64,000 nucleotides of DNA from Patescibacteria group bacterium. Lineage in GTDB: Bacteria; Patescibacteriota; Patescibacteriia; 2-12-FULL-57-11. The translations under genes and the position numbers were made by a program. Location of the stretch: contig SCUL01000002.1 in assembly GCA_004297205.1 (NCBI GenBank), forward strand, positions 594,893 through 658,892, in the 5' to 3' direction. Of the stretch, positions 1 to 8,565 are shown in pieces. Below the pieces are notes generated by a model. That model was not told where the DNA came from. It did not search any database and worked only from the letters and a program-made list of their open reading frames with translations. Each line of letters begins with the position of its first letter. Positions within the stretch are counted from its first letter, which is position 1.

Positions 1-158
1 AGAGAATGCGCCTGCGCGAAGCCGGACGGCTCGATCCAACGATAGGCAGTGTCCGGCCGAAGCTCGAGGCGGTTCAACGCAAAGACCGCAAAGACGTTTA
101 CGATCACGAGCCAGACGCCGACAATGACAAGCGCACGCTTGTCGAACCGGTTGTTCAT
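1..158 (-). CDS. N-terminal fragment of a membrane protein (runs off the window start); translation MNNRFDKRALVIVGVWLVIVNVFAVFALNRLELRPDTAYRWIEPSGF...
   Basis: ATG at 156-158 (minus) followed by a hydrophobic TM segment. Sits 35 bp downstream of the NUDIX gene on the same strand. Too short for the ORF track. The plus-strand ORF 6..218 has a less protein-like composition. Confidence 0.3.
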   Translation of the reverse strand, partial: MNNRFDKRALVIVGVWLVIVNVFAVFALNRLELRPDTAYRWIEPSGFAQAHS

Positions 159-192
159 ATTACTGACAGGATACCGCAGCGGGCCGAGCAAC

Positions 193-630
193 TCACGCCT
201 TTTGCGGCTCGTCGATGAGCGTCTGACCGGAGACAAAAGCGGCGAGCAGCGGTCGGTGTGACGGAAAGACGTTGTCGGGGAGCGACGTCAGCGCGATGAA
301 CCGCCATTCCGAGCAGCGGTCGGGCTCACAGAGCCTCGGTTCCCCGGCCAGCCGTTCTGCCAGAAAAGCGGTTTGCAGATAATGGTCTCCACCGCTCAGG
401 CCGGTGTTTGAGACACCCATGAAACGGTAGGCGTCGGCGTGCAGCCCTGTTTCCTCTTTCAGTTCCCGAGCCGCGGCACCGACAAGCGACTCACCCAACT
501 CCAGGTGGCCACCTGGCAGTCCCCAGGTTCCCGCGCCAAAACAATTCCTCCGCAGGCCGAGCAGAACCGACCCATCGCGGATGACGATGACGTTCACGCC
601 AATCTGAAATCGCATCGATGAGTCGGGCAT
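193..630 (-). CDS. NUDIX hydrolase
   Basis: Nudix box GGHLELGESLVGAAARELKEETG (GX5EX7REUXEEXGU) in the 145-aa ORF. Confidence 0.8.
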   Translation of the reverse strand: MPDSSMRFQIGVNVIVIRDGSVLLGLRRNCFGAGTWGLPGGHLELGESLVGAAARELKEETGLHADAYRFMGVSNTGLSGGDHYLQTAFLAERLAGEPRLCEPDRCSEWRFIALTSLPDNVFPSHRPLLAAFVSGQTLIDEPQKA

Positions 631-690
631 GAGGCTGTAACGATTCTCATTCTATCGGTCAGCCAGTATTCCTAGTAGGGAAACTTTCAA

Positions 691-723
691 TACAAAACGC
701 CGCTCCGGATGGGAGCGGCGTTT
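691..723 (-). terminator. Intrinsic terminator downstream of tRNA-Ala(CGC)
   Basis: Minus-strand hairpin CGCCGCTCC-GGATG-GGAGCGGCG followed by TTTT, immediately 3' of the tRNA CCA end. Confidence 0.6.
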
Positions 724-797
724 TGGTGGACCTAAGCAGAATCGGACTGCTGTCTCCGCAATGCGAATGCGGCGTACTACCACTGTACGATAGGCCC
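724..797 (-). tRNA. tRNA-Ala (anticodon CGC)
   Basis: Hand-folded cloverleaf: acceptor GGGCCTA/TAGGTCC with G3:U70, D arm GTAC-AGTGGTA-GTAC, anticodon loop TTCGCAT, T arm AGCAG-TCCGATT-CTGCT, encoded CCA. T-loop position 55 is C (atypical). Confidence 0.65.
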
Positions 798-978
798 GCG
801 TGGTAATGCGCGCACAGTGTACGTCTGTCCCCAAGCTCAGTCAACTCTCCTCCTTGACATACCGTGCATTTTACGACACAAATATTATCAACAGATAATA
901 CAACTTCTTCAATATCCATCGCGTGAATAGCAAATTCTGCTTCTCGATTGTCCACACGATAAGCACACTGAGGACAAC

Positions 979-994
979 TGTTTCACGTGAAACA
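979..994. promoter_or_regulatory. parS: parS centromere-like site (TGTTTCACGTGAAACA, perfect consensus)
   Basis: 16-bp perfect palindrome identical to the canonical ParB-binding parS consensus TGTTNCACGTGAAACA. Confidence 0.75.
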
Positions 995-1019
995 TTCTGC
1001 TCTCAGCGCCTCTCCCGTT

Positions 1020-1035
1020 TGTTTCACGTGAAACA
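1020..1035. promoter_or_regulatory. parS: parS site (TGTTTCACGTGAAACA)
   Basis: Second perfect copy 41 bp from the first. Confidence 0.75.
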
Positions 1036-1064
1036 AAACACCCACCGGATCGGTGAGTGTTTTG

Positions 1065-1140
1065 TGGTGGACCGTAAGGGATTCGAACCCTTCACCTCTT
1101 CCATGCCATGGAAGCGCTCTACCAAATGAGCTAACGGCCC
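1065..1140 (-). tRNA. tRNA-Ala (anticodon GGC)
   Basis: Minus-strand cloverleaf: 5' GGGCCGT with G3:U70, anticodon loop ATGGCAT, T arm GGTTCGAATCC, 3' ACGGTCC-A-CCA. Confidence 0.8.
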
Positions 1141-1196
1141 GTGGATAAGTTGTGACTGTCGTTATTTGTCTACACAAGCGTAGACATTTGTTCTTC

Positions 1197-1271
1197 TGGT
1201 GCCCCCGGCACGAATCGAACGTACATCCACCCCTTAGGACGGGGTTGTTCTATCCGTTGAACTACAGGGGC
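1197..1271 (-). tRNA. tRNA-Arg (anticodon CCT)
   Basis: Minus-strand cloverleaf GCCCCTGTAGTTCAACGGATAGAAC...GTCCTAA...GTTCGATTCGTGCCGGGGGCACCA; anticodon loop GTCCTAA. Confidence 0.75.
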
Positions 1272-1379
1272 TAGGGAATGAGGCGCGAGAGCTTGCTCTC
1301 AGCGCCGAGCGAGTGCAGGCTCCGTATCGGTCGCTGCGCCCGATACGGGGTACATCGGCTCGATGAGACTTTCACAAAT

Positions 1380-1395
1380 TGTTTCACACGAAACA
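1380..1395. promoter_or_regulatory. degenerate parS-like site (TGTTTCACACGAAACA)
   Basis: Two central mismatches to the parS consensus; 7 bp from the next perfect copy. Confidence 0.4.
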
Positions 1396-1402
1396 ATTTG
1401 GA

Positions 1403-1418
1403 TGTTTCACGTGAAACA
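1403..1418. promoter_or_regulatory. parS: parS site (TGTTTCACGTGAAACA)
   Basis: Third perfect consensus copy (embedded in ATGTTTCACGTGAAACAT). Confidence 0.75.
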
Positions 1419-1577
1419 TTTTCTGGTCTCTCAACCAGAAAACCACTGCGCTCAAGAAAATTCGCTCTACTCTAGAAAGAGTATGCGTCGCAAAACGATA
1501 GACTGTGAAAAGACCGCAACACCACAGGCCGAAAAACGTGTGCTAATATTACGGCACCATCTGAACCGGGTCAATCT

Positions 1578-2531
1578 ATGGACGTGGGGATTTCCGTACT
1601 TATCGCCGCCCTTCTCCTCGGAGGCCTCATTGTTGCCGTATTTTTACTGATCCGCCGTCAGCTCACCGACATGTCGTCAGCCCGCTCAAACGACCAAACC
1701 GTGACCATGCTGAACCAGAATATGGTGGGCATGCAGCAACGGCTCGACGCCACGAACCAGGCCATCAACCAGCGGCTTGATAAGGCCGCGCACGTCATGT
1801 CGGGACTCATGAAGGAAGCCGGCACCATGAACGAGATCGGCCGCTCCATCAAGGAGTTCCAGGAGTTCTTGAACTCCCCAAAACTCCGTGGTAACATCGG
1901 CGAACAAATCCTGGCGGATGCTCTGGGACAGGTCTTTGCAAATGAGCAATACGAGCTGCAATTCAAGTTTCGGGAGGGGCAGACGGTCGACGCGCTGATC
2001 AAGTCGGCACAAGGCTACATCCCCATCGACTCTAAATTTCCGCTCGAAGATTACCGTCGCGCCGTTGGACTCGAGGATCCCGCTGCACGGAAAGCAGCGC
2101 TTCACGACTTCGAACGCGCCGTGCGCAAGCACGTCGACGACATCGCCAAAAAGTACATCCTGCCGCACGAAGGCACCGTCGACTTCGCGGTCATGTACGT
2201 GCCGTCGGAGAGCATCTACTACGAGATCATCCTGAACAGCGAGGAGCTGATGACGCACGCCCGCTCCCGACGCGTCATCCTGGTTTCACCGAACACCTTC
2301 TTCCACTTCCTGCGCGTCATCATGATGGGATTGGAACGAACGCAGCTTGCTGAGGAATCGAAACGGATCTGGGAACTGTTGCGCGGCATCCAGCAGGACA
2401 CCACGAAGTTCAGCGAATCGCTGGGGCTCGTGGCGCGCCACCTCACCAACGCCAAGAACGCCATGGACAACGCGTCCACCGAATACGGACGCCTCTCAAA
2501 TCGCATCGATCAGGTCAAACTGCTCAAATAA
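1578..2531 (+). CDS. rmuC: DNA recombination protein RmuC
   Basis: N-terminal TM, long coiled-coil region and the conserved RmuC C-terminal block (ILVSPNTFFHFLRVI). Confidence 0.8.
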   Translation: MDVGISVLIAALLLGGLIVAVFLLIRRQLTDMSSARSNDQTVTMLNQNMVGMQQRLDATNQAINQRLDKAAHVMSGLMKEAGTMNEIGRSIKEFQEFLNSPKLRGNIGEQILADALGQVFANEQYELQFKFREGQTVDALIKSAQGYIPIDSKFPLEDYRRAVGLEDPAARKAALHDFERAVRKHVDDIAKKYILPHEGTVDFAVMYVPSESIYYEIILNSEELMTHARSRRVILVSPNTFFHFLRVIMMGLERTQLAEESKRIWELLRGIQQDTTKFSESLGLVARHLTNAKNAMDNASTEYGRLSNRIDQVKLLK

Positions 2532-2543
2532 CCATCATCAGTC

Positions 2544-2816
2544 ATGCCGATTACGCACGCCGCTGCCAAAGCGCAGCGCAAGGGCGCCAAACAGCGCGCC
2601 CGCAACGTCGCCGAGAAGCAGGGGATCGCCAAGATCCTGAAGCAGGCCCGCAAGGCGCTCGACGCCAAGAAGAACGACGAGGCCGCCAAGCAGGGTCGCG
2701 CCGCCATCAAGGCCATCGACAAGGCCGTGGCCCACGGGATCATCAAAAAGAACACCGCCGGCCGGCTCAAGAGCCGCCTGGCCAAGCGGATCAACGCCGC
2801 CGCCAAGGCCAAATAA
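2544..2816 (+). CDS. rpsT: 30S ribosomal protein S20
   Basis: 90-aa basic protein; KRAxQxxKR..N N-terminus and GIIHKN.A.R.KSRLAK motif typical of S20. Confidence 0.9.
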   Translation: MPITHAAAKAQRKGAKQRARNVAEKQGIAKILKQARKALDAKKNDEAAKQGRAAIKAIDKAVAHGIIKKNTAGRLKSRLAKRINAAAKAK

Positions 2817-2820
2817 CAAA

Positions 2821-2850
2821 AACACCCCGCCAACGCGGGGTGTTTTTGAT
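2821..2850. terminator. Bidirectional intrinsic terminator between convergent rpsT and holA
   Basis: Hairpin CACCCCGC-CAAC-GCGGGGTG flanked by an A-run and a T-run. Confidence 0.7.
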
Positions 2851-3822
2851 TTAGACGCACTGCGCGAGGATTTGTCGTAAGGCGTCTTCGGCGGCGAAGC
2901 GGCCGCGCTTGATGCCGGCATCGGCATTCAGAAGCGCGTCATGAAAACGGCGGACGCGGACGGCGGAAAGCGCTCGCGCCTGGGCGAATGTCTTCTTGGC
3001 CACAAACGGGTGGACGCCGAAGGACGAGGCCAGCGCCTCCGGCCCGCCGCTGCCGGCGTCGATCAGCGAACGGGCGGCGGCGAGCAGCCGCGCCTGGCGG
3101 ATGAGCATGGCGAGCAGGGCGAAGGCGTCATTGCCGGCCGCGAGTTCGCGCTCGAGCAACGTCGCACCAGCCCGGGTGTCGCCGGCGCCCACGGCATCGG
3201 TGAAGGCAAAGGCGTTCTCCTCCAGATGGCGTTCCACGAGCAACGCAACATCTTCACGCATGATCGGAACGTCGCTGCGCCAGGCGGCAAGTTTGGCCAC
3301 TTCGCCGGACATGCGCCACAAATCCGGACCCACGGACACGGCCAAGAGCTCGGCGGCGTCGCTCATGATCTGGCGGCCGGCGCGCGCCGCTTCCTCGGCA
3401 ATCCAGGCGCGCAGCGGCCCGGGGGCGAGTGGGGGGAAGCCGTACTCGACGATGGCGCTTTTCGGCAGCGCCTTCTGAAGCGCTTTCCGGAGCGGATGCT
3501 TAGCGACCGCTTCTTCGGAGATGACGTCGGATAAGACAACAATCAGCTGCTCGGCGTCGTGAGCGGCAAGCGCCGCGGCGTAGGGCTCCATGGCTTTCTC
3601 GCCCTTCCGGGAAAACAGCCCTTTCACAACGACCAAGCGTCGGCTGGCGAGGAACGGTTGGGTCCGCACCGCCGATGACAGCTCTTCCGGCGAAAGCGCG
3701 CTGCCGTCGCGCAGGTCTACGTTCATGCCGGACTGGTCGAACTTGGCGCGGAAGGCGGTTACCAATTCATCGCGCTTCTGGGCGACGCGATAGCCGTCTT
3801 CGCCATGCACCAAGATGACCAT
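2851..3822 (-). CDS. holA: DNA polymerase III delta subunit
   Basis: 323 aa; delta-subunit-like N-terminal RFC-box region and C-terminal helical domain; adjacent to rpsT, a commonly conserved neighbourhood. Confidence 0.75.
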   Translation of the reverse strand: MVILVHGEDGYRVAQKRDELVTAFRAKFDQSGMNVDLRDGSALSPEELSSAVRTQPFLASRRLVVVKGLFSRKGEKAMEPYAAALAAHDAEQLIVVLSDVISEEAVAKHPLRKALQKALPKSAIVEYGFPPLAPGPLRAWIAEEAARAGRQIMSDAAELLAVSVGPDLWRMSGEVAKLAAWRSDVPIMREDVALLVERHLEENAFAFTDAVGAGDTRAGATLLERELAAGNDAFALLAMLIRQARLLAAARSLIDAGSGGPEALASSFGVHPFVAKKTFAQARALSAVRVRRFHDALLNADAGIKRGRFAAEDALRQILAQCV

Positions 3823-3833
3823 AGGCGCCCATC

Positions 3834-4442
3834 CTACCCCGGCCTCTGCATGACAATCCAGGCCATGCCGACCTCCGGCGGTTCGCGTCCGTCGATGCGC
3901 CGCGAAAAGAAGCGGTCCGGCTGGCAGGCAGTGCAGGGCGGCTCCGCGCTGACCAGTGCGGCGGCGAGTCCGGCATCAAGAAGCGCCCGGACGGCGGCAC
4001 GCCGCAGATCCAGCACCTGATCACAGACCACCGCTGCACCGAAGCGTTCAGAAAACTGGGCCCGGCGGTCCGCGTCAACTGCGTAGTGGCAGGGACCGAC
4101 GGACGGGCCGACCTCGACATGCAGGTCCTCTGGTCGGGATCCGAGGGCGGTGAGCGCGTCGACCGTCGCAGCCAGGACGCCGCGGGGCGCAGCCACGAGT
4201 CCGCGCCAGCCGGCGTGCGCCAGGCCGATCGCGCCCAAAACCGGATCAAAGAAATACACGGGAAGGCAATCCGCGGCCGTGATGGTCAGCACGATGCCGG
4301 GAGTCGTGGTCACGAGCGCGTCGCTCTGCGGGAACAGGGCGTGTCCCTCCTGCAGCGTTTCTTGCCCGGTGACGGTGCCGACGGCCGCACCATGCACGGG
4401 CAAGGGAGCGGCAATCGTGGTGCCGGGAACGCGCGCGGCCAA
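3834..4442 (-). CDS. pgeF: Purine nucleoside phosphorylase / laccase-domain protein PgeF (YfiH); the N-terminus may be frameshifted
   Basis: Motifs QVHG-like (PVHGAAV), TADCLPV and GLAHAGWRG. A further ~35 N-terminal residues appear in another frame (ORF 4246..4569, MPHLIWTDEP...). Confidence 0.7.
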   Translation of the reverse strand: MAARVPGTTIAAPLPVHGAAVGTVTGQETLQEGHALFPQSDALVTTTPGIVLTITAADCLPVYFFDPVLGAIGLAHAGWRGLVAAPRGVLAATVDALTALGSRPEDLHVEVGPSVGPCHYAVDADRRAQFSERFGAAVVCDQVLDLRRAAVRALLDAGLAAALVSAEPPCTACQPDRFFSRRIDGREPPEVGMAWIVMQRPG

Positions 4443-4641
4443 GTATGCGCGGCTTGCGCAGCATGTCGTCCTGGACCACGCCGTCGGCGCGCAGGCGCAT
4501 GTCGCCGTCTTCGCGCAGCGTCATGCCGGCCGAGAGGCGCGGTTCGTCCGTCCAGATGAGGTGGGGCATGGCAGGAATCTACCACATTCCCGCGGCCGAC
4601 TGGAAAGTGTATGCTGCGTGTGTACACATCACCCCGTCGTT

Positions 4642-5409
4642 ATGAATCCCCAATGGCACAAACACTTACGCTCCCTCGGTTTCACGGACAGCGAAGCCAA
4701 GACCTACCTTACCTCCGTTGAAACCGGGCCATCCTCGGTGCAGGACCTGGCCCGCAAGGCGCGCATTTCCCGTGTCACGGCCTATGCCGCGATCGAGGAG
4801 CTGATGCGCAGCGGGCTGATGAGTACGGTGCAGCGCGGCAAGAAGCAGCTCTACCAGGCCGAGTCGCCGGAGCGGCTGCGCGCCGTGGCCCAGGAACGCG
4901 CCCGCTCCATGCAGGCGCTTGCTGCCGAAATCGACGACGCGGTGGCCGATCTCAAGCTCGTCCAGCGTGGCGAAAAACCGGTCGTGAAGTTGTTCGAAGG
5001 CAAAGAAGCGCTCAAGGCCATCCAGGGTGACTTGCTGACGAGCGGCATCAAATCGCTCGATGAGATCTACAACGGAGACGATCTTTTCTCGCTGTACCGC
5101 GACGAAGAAGAGCTCATTCCCACCAAGGTCGAACTCGGCAAACGGAAAACGTACGCCCGGACCATCATGCAATCCAAGCAGCGGCGCCTCGGCGTCCATG
5201 CCTTGAATCCCGTGTTGACGTTGCCTGCGGACGCTCCGGAATTCCATGGCGACATCCTGGTCTACGGCGACAAGGTGGCGCTGACCAGTCTGCGCGGCAA
5301 GCAAATTTCAGTGCTGATCGAGAGCGCCGACATCGCCCAGACCATGCGTGCCATGTATGAGCTCCTGTGGCGTGCGTTGGAAAAAAACCAGTCGCCCACC
5401 ACGCTATAA
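4642..5409 (+). CDS. TrmB-family transcriptional regulator
   Basis: N-terminal HTH LRSLGFTDSEAKTYLTSVETGPSSVQDLARKARISRVTAYAAIEELMRSGL typical of TrmB. The track ORF starts at 4150, but that region overlaps pgeF on the other strand, so the ATG at 4642 is chosen. Confidence 0.7.
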   Translation: MNPQWHKHLRSLGFTDSEAKTYLTSVETGPSSVQDLARKARISRVTAYAAIEELMRSGLMSTVQRGKKQLYQAESPERLRAVAQERARSMQALAAEIDDAVADLKLVQRGEKPVVKLFEGKEALKAIQGDLLTSGIKSLDEIYNGDDLFSLYRDEEELIPTKVELGKRKTYARTIMQSKQRRLGVHALNPVLTLPADAPEFHGDILVYGDKVALTSLRGKQISVLIESADIAQTMRAMYELLWRALEKNQSPTTL

Positions 5410-5435
5410 AGATTTGTTCACTCGAACTAAACAGA

Positions 5436-5464
5436 AAAACCGCCGATATTCGGGGGTTTTTTCT
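5436..5464. terminator. Intrinsic terminator after the trmB-like gene
   Basis: Hairpin CCGCCGATATTCGGGGG flanked by A6 and T8. Confidence 0.6.
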
Positions 5465-5778
5465 TTCTTGTACGGCACCCCCTGACAGCGTCGTCTCCGG
5501 GTGCTAGGGTCCGTCGTTCGGTTGCCGGCTGTTTTTGTCGGCCCCGAACGTGCAGATGCGGACCCACCGGGCCATGGGGGTTCGCGCTCTGCCTAAGCCC
5601 GTCAGATGGGAGAGATGATGGGTTTGGGCAGAGGAGCGCATCCTGGGACTCGTACCAGCCACACGGACTACCCCGCGCGAACGGCCGGCTCATGCCGGCG
5701 CATCGCGCAGAATGGCGGACCGACCCTTATGGGACGATCCGACAACCGCCTTCCCCCCGGCGGCAATAGGGGGTTCTT

Positions 5779-8493
5779 TTATTCCAGCTCCCGCATCTCG
5801 CCCCAGTTGGCGCCGACCTCGACGTTGACGACGATCGGCACGGCGAAGCGGTGAACCTTTTCCATTTCTGCGGAAACGAGCGACGCCAATTCCTTGACGT
5901 CGCTCTTTTTGACTTCAAAAACCAATTCATCGTGCACCTGAAGCAGCATCGCCGCATCGAGCTTCTCTTTCTTGAGGCGACGATCCACCGCGATCATGGC
6001 CAGCTTCATCAAATCGGCTTCGGCGCCCTGCACCGGGTGGTTGATGGCCATGCGCTCGGCACCGGCGCGTACGAACGGGATGCCGCTCGTGATTTCCGGG
6101 AGGTAGCGGCGGCGGCCGAAGACCGTTTCGACGTACCCTTGCTTCCTGGCCAGCGCCTTCTGCAGATCCATGAATTCACGGATCGCCGTATGCACTTGGA
6201 AGTACTTGGCGAGCGCGGCCTTGGCCTCGGCAAAACTCATGTCACCGGACTGGGCCAGCCCCTGGCTGCCCATGCCGAAGATGATGCCGAAGTTGATGGC
6301 CTTGGCCTTGCGCCGCATGTCCCGGTCGACCTTGTCCGGCGTGACCTCCCAGATTTCGCAGGCCGTGCGCGTGTGGATGTCCTCTCCGGCATTGAAGGCT
6401 TCGATGAAGCTCTTGTCGCCGGCGAGCGAAGCCACGATGCGCAGTTCGATCTGCGAGTAGTCGGCGGAGAGCAGGAGCGTGCCGGGCGTAGCCACGAAGG
6501 CCTCGCGGATGCGCGGGCCGTAGGAGCCGCGCATGGGGATGTTCTGGAGGCCGGGGTCGGTCGAGGACAGGCGGCCCGTCGCGGCCACGGTCTGATTGAA
6601 GGTGGTGTGCAGCCGCCCGTTTTTATCGACGAGCGTCGGCAGTGCGTCGACGTACGTCCCCGTCAGCTTGGTCAGTTCGCGGTAGTCGGAAATGAGGTCG
6701 ATGATGGGGTGGAGCCCGCGCAGTTTTTCGAGTTCGGAAGCGGCCGTGGACAGGCCGGCGCCGGATTCGGTTTTGCGGATGCGGTCGGTCGGGATGCGCA
6801 GCTTCTCGAACAGCACCTCCTTGAGCTGGGCAGGGGAGTTGATATTGAAGTCGCCGCCCGCGATCTCGTGGATCTTCTCGGTCAGGGCATCGATCTTTTT
6901 GTGCATCTCCGCCGACAGCTTTTTGAGGTACGCCGTGTCGAGCGTGATGCCGACGTGTTCCATCTCGGCCAGGATCGGAACCAGCGGCATCTCGATGCGG
7001 CTGAGAAGATCCTCTTGGTGGCGCTCGGCGATGTCTTTACGCAGCACCGGCACCAGCGTGGCCACGGCTTCGGCACGCGCCGCGGCGGCCGGCACGATCT
7101 CCGCCATGTTCGGCACAAGCAAGCGCCCCTCCGCGGTCGGCACGGACGGCAGTTCCTTGCCCATGCGCTCCAACCATTCGGCGTCGAGACCGTGGCTGCG
7201 GGTGCCCGGATTCAGGAGATACGACAGGATGCCGACGTCGGCCGAGACGGGGACGAGCGCCTGGCCGGAGGCGAGCAAGAAGCGCAGGAACGGCTTAGCG
7301 TCGGCGAACCAGTTCTCCCCGGAGCCGAGCGCCTCGATCAGCGGCGCCGCGTGTTGTCCGGAAACGACGATCGTGGTTTTTCCATCGGAGACGGCCAGCG
7401 CCTCGGGCGTTGCCGGAAAAATCGCGCGCGCCTTCATGGCGGCGACGGTGTGGGCGGCATCTTTGGCGGCCGCCGCAGTTTCCACGATCTGCCGCTCGCC
7501 CTGCGCAACGCGGCCTTTCTTTCCTGCTACGCGACGCGCCTCCGGAGCTGCGGGCTGCTCACTTTCCTGATGGCCATCAACAAGTTGCGGGGGGATGCGC
7601 CCGATGAGCGTCCGGAAGCCGAGCGCGCCGAGCGCCGCCACGGCATGCTCGCGCGGCGCCGGTTTGAGCCTGGCATCCTCCCAGGAAAAACCGGTGTCGA
7701 GGTCGCGCACCAGGGTCACGAGCTTCTTGCTTTCCGCGGCGGCTTCGACGCCGGAGGCGAGCTTCTCCAGGATGCCCGGCTTGGCCGCGACCTTGTTCTT
7801 CTTGAGCGCGGCGAACATCTTCTCGATCGTGCCGTGTGCGGTCAGGAGTTCGGCGGCCGTCTTCTCGCCGATGCCTTTGACGCCGGGAATGTTGTCGGAC
7901 GGGTCGCCGCGTAGCGCCTTGTAGTCGACCATCTGCTCCGGATCGAGGCCGTAGCGGGCGCGGACCTCGGCCGGGCCGTACTCCACGGTGTCGCTGATGC
8001 CTTTTTTCGGGGTCAACACGTGTACGCGGTCCGTCACGAGCTGCATGGTGTCCATGTCGCCCGTAAGGATGGTGACGCGCGTGTTCTTGCGGCGCGCCGC
8101 GAGCTCGGCGATCGAGGCTATGACGTCGTCGGCCTCGAAACCGGGGGCTTCGTAGACGGGGAGGCCGAGCGTTTTCAGGACCTCTTTCAGAATCGGAATC
8201 TGCGCGTACAGTTCGTCGGGCTGCTTCACGCGCGTCGCCTTGTATTGCTCGTACGCTTCGTGGCGGAAGGTCTTGCCGGCCTTGTCGAAGGTCACGGCGA
8301 GCGCCGCTGGGGTGCGCGATTTGAGGACGTTGAACAGGAGCGAGAGAAAGCCGTAAACGGCGTTCACGATGGTGCCGTCTTTGGTGGAGAGCGGCGGCAA
8401 GGCATGCCAGGCGCGGTGCAAGAGCGCGTTGCCGTCGATGATCAGCAATTCCTCCCTGTTGGCGGCGGATTTCTTGGCCATATCGCCTGGCAT
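5779..8493 (-). CDS. polA: DNA polymerase I
   Basis: 904 aa; 5'-3' exonuclease N-terminus (LLIIDGNALLHRAWHA), Klenow/polymerase motifs (RRKAKAINFGIIFGM, QVHDELVFE). Confidence 0.95.
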   Translation of the reverse strand: MPGDMAKKSAANREELLIIDGNALLHRAWHALPPLSTKDGTIVNAVYGFLSLLFNVLKSRTPAALAVTFDKAGKTFRHEAYEQYKATRVKQPDELYAQIPILKEVLKTLGLPVYEAPGFEADDVIASIAELAARRKNTRVTILTGDMDTMQLVTDRVHVLTPKKGISDTVEYGPAEVRARYGLDPEQMVDYKALRGDPSDNIPGVKGIGEKTAAELLTAHGTIEKMFAALKKNKVAAKPGILEKLASGVEAAAESKKLVTLVRDLDTGFSWEDARLKPAPREHAVAALGALGFRTLIGRIPPQLVDGHQESEQPAAPEARRVAGKKGRVAQGERQIVETAAAAKDAAHTVAAMKARAIFPATPEALAVSDGKTTIVVSGQHAAPLIEALGSGENWFADAKPFLRFLLASGQALVPVSADVGILSYLLNPGTRSHGLDAEWLERMGKELPSVPTAEGRLLVPNMAEIVPAAAARAEAVATLVPVLRKDIAERHQEDLLSRIEMPLVPILAEMEHVGITLDTAYLKKLSAEMHKKIDALTEKIHEIAGGDFNINSPAQLKEVLFEKLRIPTDRIRKTESGAGLSTAASELEKLRGLHPIIDLISDYRELTKLTGTYVDALPTLVDKNGRLHTTFNQTVAATGRLSSTDPGLQNIPMRGSYGPRIREAFVATPGTLLLSADYSQIELRIVASLAGDKSFIEAFNAGEDIHTRTACEIWEVTPDKVDRDMRRKAKAINFGIIFGMGSQGLAQSGDMSFAEAKAALAKYFQVHTAIREFMDLQKALARKQGYVETVFGRRRYLPEITSGIPFVRAGAERMAINHPVQGAEADLMKLAMIAVDRRLKKEKLDAAMLLQVHDELVFEVKKSDVKELASLVSAEMEKVHRFAVPIVVNVEVGANWGEMRELE

Positions 8494-8513
8494 CGTACCT
8501 GTCTGCGGGTAAT

Positions 8514-8545
8514 AAAAAAAGCGTCCCGCCGTGGCGGGACGTCCG
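8514..8545 (-). terminator. Intrinsic terminator 3' of the CYTH-NTPase gene
   Basis: Minus-strand hairpin GTCCCGCC-ACGG-CGGGAC followed by T7. Confidence 0.7.
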
Positions 8546-8565
8546 GGACCGAGGGGACCAGGCGC

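Noticed and set aside
4150-4641. N-terminal 164-aa extension of the TrmB-like ORF in the track
   Set aside because: It overlaps the pgeF coding sequence on the opposite strand and has Arg/Pro/Ala-rich composition. The conserved TrmB HTH begins right after the internal ATG at 4642.
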